Source of the DNA: Candidatus Anderseniibacteriota bacterium
GTDB lineage: Bacteria > Patescibacteriota > Andersenbacteria > UBA10190
Direction of reading: 5' to 3'
Assembly (NCBI GenBank): GCA_040900375.1
Contig: JBBDZC010000021.1
Coordinates: 5,258 to 69,257, forward strand
Length of the DNA: 64,000 nt
The notes beneath the pieces are model-generated. The model searched no databases, was not told where the DNA came from, and worked only from the letters and a program-made list of their open reading frames with translations. Position 1 is the stretch's first letter. Every line of letters starts with the position of its first letter. Both the position numbers and the translations under genes were made by a program. This document shows, piece after piece, positions 56,819-64,000 of this stretch.

Positions 56819-58099
56819 ATGAAAAATTTTCCTCTTACCGAAAAAAAGCTACCGGGAGGTTTGCGCACCGTGCTGCTGCCCCGCCAGGAAGGACAGACGG
56901 TCACTTTTCTCGTCCTGATTGGCGTGGGCTCACGGTATGAAACGCCGCGGCAATCAGGCCTTTCTCATTTCTTAGAACACATGTTTTTTAAAGGCACACA
57001 ACGGCGGCCCACGACGAAGGAAATTGCCGAGGCGATTGAGAACGTCGGTGGAGAATTTAATGCTTTTACTAGCGAGGAATATACCGGTTACTATGTCAAA
57101 GTTGCGGCCGAATATTTAGAACAGGGAGCCGAGGTAGTTTCGGATATTTTACTGCGTCCACTTTTTCCCCAAGTAGAGATTGATCGAGAACGAGGAGTGA
57201 TCACTGAAGAGATTCGTATGTATACCGACACGCCGATGCGGCACATTTGGCATCTATGGCAAGAGGCGTTGTTTGGCGCGCATCCTCTCGGGCGGCGGAT
57301 TGATGGCACGCTGGAGACAGTCGGAACATTTATGCGGAAAGACTTTCTGCAGTACACACAGCGGCACTATCACACCGAAAATGCCGTGGTGGCCGTAGCG
57401 GGTAAGTTTGCGGAAAAACAAACCGAGCAACTGCTCAAGGAACTCTTAGCGCCCTTGGCGCGGGGCAAAGAGACTTCACCGAAAACAGTGCCGAAGCGAC
57501 TACCGCAACGGCGTTTTCTTAATGAATACCGAAAATCACTGGACCAAACACACATGATTGTGGGTGTCCCCGGGCTCTCGTTGACTGACCCGCGCCGCTG
57601 GGCAGCAGAATTATTAGCAACGATTCTCGGTGCCGGGATGAGTAGCCGCCTCTTCATTCAGGTGCGGGAGCGGCACGGGTTGGCCTATGCTGTGCGGACG
57701 AGTACCGAGAGCTACACTGATGCGGGTGCCGTAGCCACTCAAGCAGGCGTGCGGACGGATAAGGCGGATTTTGCCTTACGGCTGATTTTGCAGGAATACG
57801 ATCGGATAATGCAGGAGAAGGTCACAGCGGACGAACTGGCTAAAGCTAAGCAGATGCTCCGGGGGAGAATGGTCATTGACCTGGAGGAAACCAATACGCT
57901 GGCCTTGTTTGCTGGTCTCCAAGAATTGCTGACGCAGCGGATTGATACACCAACGACCATGTGGGAAAAAATAGAGGCAGTTACACCCGAGCAGATCCAG
58001 ACGGTGGCGCAGGCACTGCTGGCGCCGACACAGCGAGTGGCAGTGCTCCTAGGTCCGCAAAAATCAACTAAAGAGTTTAGTAAACAACTTGGTCTCTAA
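56819..58099 (+). CDS. M16-family zinc peptidase
   Basis: GSRYE....GLSHFLEHMFFKGT, NAFTS.E, GMSSRLF.QVRE..GLAY. Confidence 0.95.
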   Translation: MKNFPLTEKKLPGGLRTVLLPRQEGQTVTFLVLIGVGSRYETPRQSGLSHFLEHMFFKGTQRRPTTKEIAEAIENVGGEFNAFTSEEYTGYYVKVAAEYLEQGAEVVSDILLRPLFPQVEIDRERGVITEEIRMYTDTPMRHIWHLWQEALFGAHPLGRRIDGTLETVGTFMRKDFLQYTQRHYHTENAVVAVAGKFAEKQTEQLLKELLAPLARGKETSPKTVPKRLPQRRFLNEYRKSLDQTHMIVGVPGLSLTDPRRWAAELLATILGAGMSSRLFIQVRERHGLAYAVRTSTESYTDAGAVATQAGVRTDKADFALRLILQEYDRIMQEKVTADELAKAKQMLRGRMVIDLEETNTLALFAGLQELLTQRIDTPTTMWEKIEAVTPEQIQTVAQALLAPTQRVAVLLGPQKSTKEFSKQLGL

Positions 58100-58114
58100 C
58101 TGATATTGATCCGT

Positions 58115-59158
58115 ATGCCTTCCCAACGAATCAGTGCTGATATTACTTCTGGCACTATTCTCCGTACGATCTTAATTCTACTGGGTTTCTGGTTTCTCTA
58201 TGTTATCTCGGACATTCTCTTGATGCTCTTTGCGGCAGTCGTCATAAGTTCCGCCATTGAGCCAATTGCTAACTACTTCCAGTATTATCGTCTGCCCCGG
58301 GCGTTATCGGTAGCCGTGGTGTATTTACTGTTGCTCCTCGTCTTGTCGGGCACGGTTACGCTTCTCGTTCAACCCTTGACCGAACAAATTACGCAGCTCG
58401 CGCTGGCTATCCCCCACCTGGTAGCTAACTTAAGTCACTTGATTTCCTTTGTTCCCCAGTTTGATCAACAGGCAGTCACAGTCGCGCTCCAGGAAGGGCT
58501 GTTGCGCCTCGGGCAAAACTTGGCGAATGTGGGGTTGAATGTGATCCAGCAAACTCGCTCACTCTTTTCTGGCATTTTTACCTTGTTGTTCATTTTTATT
58601 CTTGCTTTCTATTTAGTGGTCGAAAAAGATGCCCTCAAAAAATTTGCCCGACTGATTACCCCTCGTGAACACCTGCCTTACATTGAACGGTCGATTGAGC
58701 GAGCACAGCGCAGTATTGGCCGGTGGGTGCTGGCCCAATTGGCGTTAGCGCTGATTATTGGAGTCGTCGTGGGCTTAGGGCTTTGGCTTATGGGCATTAA
58801 GTATGCTCTAGTGCTAGGGCTGCTAGCGGGGATATTAGAAATTGTGCCGGTTATCGGGCCGGTTATTGCCGCTATTCCGGGAGTGCTCGTGGGCTTGGCG
58901 CAATCCTGGGTCATTGGCGTCGCCGCTCTGATTTTTTACATCGTGGTACAACAGTTAGAAAATAACCTGCTGGTACCGACAATTATGCGCCGCGCCATTG
59001 GCTTGAACCCTCTCGTGACAATTATTGCTATTCTATTGGGTGCGCGCCTGGCTGGTGTGGCAGGCGTGATTCTCTCCGTGCCCATGGCCGCGATTATCAG
59101 TATTTTCCTTTCTGACCTTTTTGCAGCGCCCGCGATTGAGGATGAACTGCCCGGGTAG
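58115..59158 (+). CDS. AI-2E/PerM-family membrane protein
   Basis: EIVPVIGP, QQLENNLLVP, GLNPL. Confidence 0.9.
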   Translation: MPSQRISADITSGTILRTILILLGFWFLYVISDILLMLFAAVVISSAIEPIANYFQYYRLPRALSVAVVYLLLLLVLSGTVTLLVQPLTEQITQLALAIPHLVANLSHLISFVPQFDQQAVTVALQEGLLRLGQNLANVGLNVIQQTRSLFSGIFTLLFIFILAFYLVVEKDALKKFARLITPREHLPYIERSIERAQRSIGRWVLAQLALALIIGVVVGLGLWLMGIKYALVLGLLAGILEIVPVIGPVIAAIPGVLVGLAQSWVIGVAALIFYIVVQQLENNLLVPTIMRRAIGLNPLVTIIAILLGARLAGVAGVILSVPMAAIISIFLSDLFAAPAIEDELPG

Positions 59159-59160
59159 GT

Positions 59161-59619
59161 TCAGGATATTTGCTGCAGTACTAAACTTACAGCAAGACCA
59201 CTCAAGAGTGCCTGCGAGACAAGACCGCGGAGGGGATCGGTAGTTTCTAGTTGGAGAGCGTCATGCCAGGTGGCGGCAGGAGCAGCCCATCCCAGCCATT
59301 TTTTGCGCGGGGCGGCTCGTAACTTTTCATAAAGCTGCTGTAGAACGTCAGGCAGGTTGCCACCGATGATCGCCGCCAGGACTGGCAGCGTCCAGATGTC
59401 GCTGCCTACTACTAACCCGGCGATGACCAGGCCGCTGCCGATATCAAGGGCAACAAGAAGGTAAAAAATACCCCGCCGCAATTGATCATGGAATAAATTC
59501 CAGTGCAGCAAGCTGTCGCACAAAAAATGCCCGACCACCGCGGCGAGAAAAATCAACAATGGTTGTTCCAAGTAGTAAGCCAGCGGCAAACTAATTAAAG
59601 TATGCGCAAGGGAGAGCAT
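59161..59619 (-). CDS. Membrane-bound putative metal-dependent hydrolase
   Basis: H near N-terminus, GHFLCD..LH, NLPD, WHD; hydrophobic. Confidence 0.65.
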   Translation of the reverse strand: MLSLAHTLISLPLAYYLEQPLLIFLAAVVGHFLCDSLLHWNLFHDQLRRGIFYLLVALDIGSGLVIAGLVVGSDIWTLPVLAAIIGGNLPDVLQQLYEKLRAAPRKKWLGWAAPAATWHDALQLETTDPLRGLVSQALLSGLAVSLVLQQIS

Positions 59620-59686
59620 AGGGTAAATTCGCTAATCAACTATATTTTAGTATAGTTGAGACAGCCACAACTCTAAAGGTACCTCT

Positions 59687-60463
59687 ATGATTGACTCCCA
59701 TGCTCATGTCATGTTTGATACTTTTGCACCCGATCGACCCGCGGTTGTCAAGCGTGCCCGCGCGGCGGGGGTGAAGTGGATTGAGATCGGCACTGATATA
59801 GACTCGAGTAAGAAAGCTGTTGCTTTTGCTCAAAAACATGAGGGAGTTTGGGCAACAGTGGGCGTTCACCCCAGTGACTATGCCGAGTTATCGGAGGCAG
59901 GATGGCAAGAGCTAGAGCAATTACTGCAACACGACAAGGTGATGGCGGTGGGTGAGGTCGGCTTGGATTTTTACCGAGGGGGACAGTTAGAAGAGCAACT
60001 GCCAATTCTCAAGCGATTTTTAGATCTAGCAACGAAGCACCATCTGCCGGTTGTCTTTCATGTCCGTGATGGCAAGGAAAGTGCCCATGAACCGATGATT
60101 ATGTTTTTGCACTCGCTGGCTCGAGAGCAGCGCCCGCGCGGCGTGATGCACACTTTTAGCGGTAACCAGACGCAAGCGTATGCCTACCTTGATCTTGGCA
60201 TGTACCTTTCTTTTTCAGGAGTGGTGACATTTAAAAATTCCGGGGTTGTGGCCGATATTGCCCGGACTATGCCCCTGGAGCGCGCGCTCATTGAAACTGA
60301 TTGCCCCTTTTTAGCACCCGAGCCTTACCGGGGCAAACGAAATGAGCCAGCGTACCTAACCTACGTGGCAAGCAAAATTGCGGCATTACGGCAGATACCG
60401 ACCGCCGAGGTGGAAAGGATCACCGAAGAAAATACACGGTCTCTCTTTAAGCTGGCGACATAA
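59687..60463 (+). CDS. tatD: TatD-family nuclease
   Basis: IDSHAH, GVHP, VGEVGLD, FHVRD, MHTFSG, ETDCPFLAP. Confidence 0.95.
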   Translation: MIDSHAHVMFDTFAPDRPAVVKRARAAGVKWIEIGTDIDSSKKAVAFAQKHEGVWATVGVHPSDYAELSEAGWQELEQLLQHDKVMAVGEVGLDFYRGGQLEEQLPILKRFLDLATKHHLPVVFHVRDGKESAHEPMIMFLHSLAREQRPRGVMHTFSGNQTQAYAYLDLGMYLSFSGVVTFKNSGVVADIARTMPLERALIETDCPFLAPEPYRGKRNEPAYLTYVASKIAALRQIPTAEVERITEENTRSLFKLAT

Positions 60464-60523
60464 ATTCCCGCCGGGAGGAAAGAAGCTTAAGCCACTCTTT
60501 CAGAAATAGTGTATAGTAGGAAT

Positions 60524-61831
60524 ATGTTGCGAACAATTATAGAACAGAAAGTATCAACTCCTCAATCCTACGTGCCGTTGGCAGCCCGCATGCGGCCGCG
60601 CAGCCTCGGCGAATACGAGGGCCAAGAAAAGGTGCTGGGACCAGGTACGCCGCTGCGGCGCGCTATCGAGCAGGGCAGCGCCGGCTCGCTTATTTTATGG
60701 GGACCACCGGGCATTGGAAAAACAACATTGGCTGAAATTATTGCGCTTAATATGACCGCCACGGTCGAGCGCGTGAGTGCTGTGACCGCGGGGGTCAAAG
60801 ATTTGAAAGAGATTATCGGCCGTGCGCAAGCGTGGCGAAAGATTAACAAGCGCACCGTGCTCATTGTGGATGAAATCCACCGGTTTAATAAGCTCCAGCA
60901 GGATGTCCTTTTGCCGCACGTGGAAGAGGGCTTAATCACTTTACTGGGGGCCACCACCGAAAATCCCTACTTTGAGGTGATTGCCGCGTTAGTATCACGA
61001 GCAGAAGTGGTCCGTCTCGAGGCACTAAAGGAACAGGACATAGCGGCAATCGTGGCTCGTGCGTTACTTGAGGCTCACCGTGGACTGGGCGGGCAAAAGA
61101 AGTTGGGTCAAGCGGCGCAGGCAACATTGCTTCAGATTGCCGGCGGCGACGCGCGGCGAGCTCTCAATATTCTGGAGCGGGCCGCGCTGGCCAGTGATAA
61201 AAAAATGATTACGGAGCAAGAGGTACAGGGCGCTGCGCAGCAACGGGTAGTCCAGTATGATAAGGCCGGTGATGCACACTATGATACTATCTCGGCATTT
61301 ATTAAGAGTATGCGTGGCTCTGATCCGGATGCCGCACTCTTCTACCTTTTCCGGATGTTGGCGGCTGGTGAAGATCCCAAGTTTATTATGCGGCGCATGC
61401 TGATTTTTGCCTCCGAAGATATTGGTAATGCCGATCCCCATGCCTTAATGCTGGCTAGCGCCGCAGCCGCGACTCTGGAGTGGGTGGGGTTGCCAGAAGC
61501 AGAATTTGCGCTTGCCCATGCCGCTACCTATTTAGCGGCTGCGCCCAAAAGCAACAGTGTCACCCTCGCGAAAGAGGCCGCGAAGGTTGATGTTATGCGG
61601 CACGGTAATGCGGTGCCGCCTGATCATCTAACCCTCGCACCGGTGGCAGGTCTTAAAAAACACGGCAAGGGGGTAGGGTATAAATATCCGCATGATTATC
61701 CGGGGAATATTGTTGCCCAACAATATCGGCCCACTGTTATTCAAGATCATCTCTACTACGAGCCGGGAGAAGAAGGATTTGAAAGAGAGGTAAAGCGGCG
61801 GGTAGCCCAGGCACGAGCCTTGTTGCACTAG
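60524..61831 (+). CDS. rarA: Replication-associated recombination protein A
   Basis: PLAARMRP, WGPPGIGKTT, DEIHRFNK.QQD, GATTENP, SAFIKSMRGSD, YKYPHD. Confidence 0.96.
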   Translation: MLRTIIEQKVSTPQSYVPLAARMRPRSLGEYEGQEKVLGPGTPLRRAIEQGSAGSLILWGPPGIGKTTLAEIIALNMTATVERVSAVTAGVKDLKEIIGRAQAWRKINKRTVLIVDEIHRFNKLQQDVLLPHVEEGLITLLGATTENPYFEVIAALVSRAEVVRLEALKEQDIAAIVARALLEAHRGLGGQKKLGQAAQATLLQIAGGDARRALNILERAALASDKKMITEQEVQGAAQQRVVQYDKAGDAHYDTISAFIKSMRGSDPDAALFYLFRMLAAGEDPKFIMRRMLIFASEDIGNADPHALMLASAAAATLEWVGLPEAEFALAHAATYLAAAPKSNSVTLAKEAAKVDVMRHGNAVPPDHLTLAPVAGLKKHGKGVGYKYPHDYPGNIVAQQYRPTVIQDHLYYEPGEEGFEREVKRRVAQARALLH

Positions 61832-61912
61832 GGCTGGGTAACGCACTCGGGTCTCTATTTACCCAGGCTCGCTTAAACTATAAGTGAAGAGTAGAGTATA
61901 TTGTTAGGAAAT

Positions 61913-64000
61913 ATGGAAAGTTATAATCCCCAGGTACTTGAGCCAAAGTGGCAGCAGTATTGGTTGGATAATCGGCTTTTTGCCGCTGCCGACGACACTC
62001 ATAAGAAGAAAATGTATGTTCTCGACATGTTTCCGTATCCTTCCGGTGATGGTCTACATGTCGGCCACGCAAAAATTTATACTGCTTCGGATATTGTGGC
62101 GCGTTATTTGCGCATGAAGGGTTTCAATGTCCTGCATCCTACCGGTTGGGATGCCTTCGGGTTGCCCACCGAGAATTCAGCTATTAAGCTGGGCATTCAT
62201 CCCGCCGAGCTCACGAAGCGTAATGTGGCTCGTTTTCGTCAGCAAATGCAGCGACTCGGGCTTTCCTATGACTGGGAGCGAGAAATCAATACGACTGATC
62301 CCCAGTACTATAAGTGGACCCAGTGGATATTTTTACGTCTCTATAAAATGGGTTTGGCGTATGAAGCCACGGTACCCATCAACTGGTGTCCCAGCTGCTT
62401 GACTGGACTGGCTAACGAAGAGGTGGTTGACGGCAAATGTGAACGCTGCGGCACTGCGGTAGAGCAGCGGCCGCTACGTCAGTGGATGTTGCGTATTACT
62501 CGGTATGCCGATCAATTGCTCCAGGGGTTAGGCGGGCTGGATTGGCCGCAGTTTATCATTGAATTGCAACAGAACTGGATTGGCCGCAGTGAGGGAGCAG
62601 AAATTATCTTTACACTGGATCAATCCAGCGCCGTTAACCCTCAAGCGATGGCAGAAAAACTGACCATTAAAGTGTTTACTACCCGCCCCGAAACTATTTA
62701 TGGGGCGACCTATGTTGTGGTAGCGCCGGAGCATCCTTTAGTGGGAGTGATTACGACGCCCCAGCAGCGCGAAGCCGTTACTACGTATGTGGCCCAAACC
62801 AAGCAGCGAACCGAGGTCGAGCGGACCGATGTCACGAAAGAGAAAACAGGAGTTTTTACAGGAGCATACGTTTTGCATCCCTTAACTCATGAACCTTTGC
62901 CGGTGTGGGTGGCGGACTATGTGCTCCTAGCCTACGGCACGGGCGCGATTATGGCTGTGCCCGCGCATGACGAACGCGACTTTGCCTTTGCCACAAAATA
63001 CAACTTGCCCATTGTGCAGGTTATTTCTCCTGTGCTCGGCAAAGACCAAGCCGAGCTGCCTTATAGCGGTGATGGCGTGCTTATTAATTCCGATCAAAGC
63101 GATGGGCAGGAGGTTGCGGCAGGACGACAGATGATTATGGGTCTATTGCAGCAGCGGGCGGTGGCGCAAAAGGCAGTTATCTATAAACTGCGCGACTGGG
63201 TATTTTCTCGGCAGCGTTATTGGGGAGAACCAATACCGCTTATTCATTGTAAAAAATGTGGCGTAGTGCCCGTACCCGAAAAAGATTTGCCGGTGGAATT
63301 GCCACCGATCGATACCTATCAACCAACAGGGACAGGCGAGTCACCACTGGCGGCAATTGAATCGTGGGTGCAAGTTAAGTGTCCAACCTGTCCGAATATT
63401 GCTCGCCGCGAAACTAACACGATGCCGCAGTGGGCTGGTTCGTCCTGGTATTTCTTGCGCTACACTGATCCTCATAATAAGCAAGCCTTGGCGGCGCCGG
63501 AAAAAATGCAGTGGTGGCTACCGGTGGATGTCTATATGGGAGGAGCCGAACACGCGGTCTTGCATTTGCTCTATGCGCGATTTTGGATTAAGGCGCTGCG
63601 GGATGCCGGGGTGATATCGCTGACAGAGCCATTCTCTCGTCTGCGCAGTGTGGGTTTAGTGATGGGCGAAGATGGACAGAAGATGAGCAAATCGCGGGGA
63701 AATGTAGTTAACCCAGATGAGGTGGTTGCCCAGTATGGCGCGGATACTCTACGCCTCTATGCTATGTTCATGGGTCCTTTTTCGGCGTCGGGAGCGTGGA
63801 ATACGGGCAGTATTGCTGGGGTGCACCGTTTCTTAAAGCGAGTGTGGCAGACAGTTTTGCGCCTGGCGGAAAACTCGGAGCCAGGACCGGAAACCACGAC
63901 CGACCTCGAAGTTTTACTTCAGCAAACAATTAAGCGCGTGTCAGAAAACACCGAGAATTTTAAGTTTAATACGGCTATTGCGGCTCTCATGGAATTCCAT
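61913..64000 (+). CDS. leuS: Leucine--tRNA ligase, 3'-truncated by window edge
   Basis: Read by eye from ATG 61913: [15 protein letters not shown]; in-frame KMSKS at 63680; absent from the ORF track because no stop occurs in the window. Confidence 0.96.
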   Translation, partial: MESYNPQVLEPKWQQYWLDNRLFAAADDTHKKKMYVLDMFPYPSGDGLHVGHAKIYTASDIVARYLRMKGFNVLHPTGWDAFGLPTENSAIKLGIHPAELTKRNVARFRQQMQRLGLSYDWEREINTTDPQYYKWTQWIFLRLYKMGLAYEATVPINWCPSCLTGLANEEVVDGKCERCGTAVEQRPLRQWMLRITRYADQLLQGLGGLDWPQFIIELQQNWIGRSEGAEIIFTLDQSSAVNPQAMAEKLTIKVFTTRPETIYGATYVVVAPEHPLVGVITTPQQREAVTTYVAQTKQRTEVERTDVTKEKTGVFTGAYVLHPLTHEPLPVWVADYVLLAYGTGAIMAVPAHDERDFAFATKYNLPIVQVISPVLGKDQAELPYSGDGVLINSDQSDGQEVAAGRQMIMGLLQQRAVAQKAVIYKLRDWVFSRQRYWGEPIPLIHCKKCGVVPVPEKDLPVELPPIDTYQPTGTGESPLAAIESWVQVKCPTCPNIARRETNTMPQWAGSSWYFLRYTDPHNKQALAAPEKMQWWLPVDVYMGGAEHAVLHLLYARFWIKALRDAGVISLTEPFSRLRSVGLVMGEDGQKMSKSRGNVVNPDEVVAQYGADTLRLYAMFMGPFSASGAWNTGSIAGVHRFLKRVWQTVLRLAENSEPGPETTTDLEVLLQQTIKRVSENTENFKFNTAIAALMEFH

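Noticed and set aside
61832-64000. Apparent ORF-poor region at the window end
   Set aside because: Explained by leuS running off the window without a stop codon.
1-64000. Alternative genetic code (UGA=Gly) as in some CPR lineages
   Set aside because: Conserved genes are full length under code 11 and several end in TGA with ATGA coupling.

Overview
A mostly chromosomal 64 kb window from a reduced-genome bacterium. The gene set points to Patescibacteria/CPR (inference): a type IV pilus cluster without a secretin, alpha2-type GlyRS, IleRS2, and an RHH-nucleotidyltransferase fusion. TGA is used as a stop codon. Contents in order: pepA (partial), ferredoxin and FNR-like reductase, ZnuBC, NDH-2; a 16 kb type IV pilus locus with duplicated minor pilins, two tandem pilMNO(P) sets and an embedded protein O-mannosyltransferase; housekeeping genes; rplT-rpmI-infC; smpB and tmRNA; a GT4/GH130 glycan cluster; argS, ileS, recO, tgt, glyS, rarA and leuS (partial). 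The most striking feature is a ~3 kb islet directly downstream of tmRNA (31835-34790), ending in two att-like scars. It holds a promoter-to-terminator array of three unrelated orphan genes. Each is preceded by an exactly 45-nt covarying hairpin module. The two internal spacers also carry a covarying pseudoknot and a long hairpin. I do not recognise this architecture as a described element. Other notable signals: many genes look leaderless while orphan islets carry strong SD and boxA-like motifs, there is a riboswitch-like leader, a relic glyS N-terminus, a TGT without its zinc site, and a half GT-B protein. All structures were paired by eye; no searches or folding programs were run.
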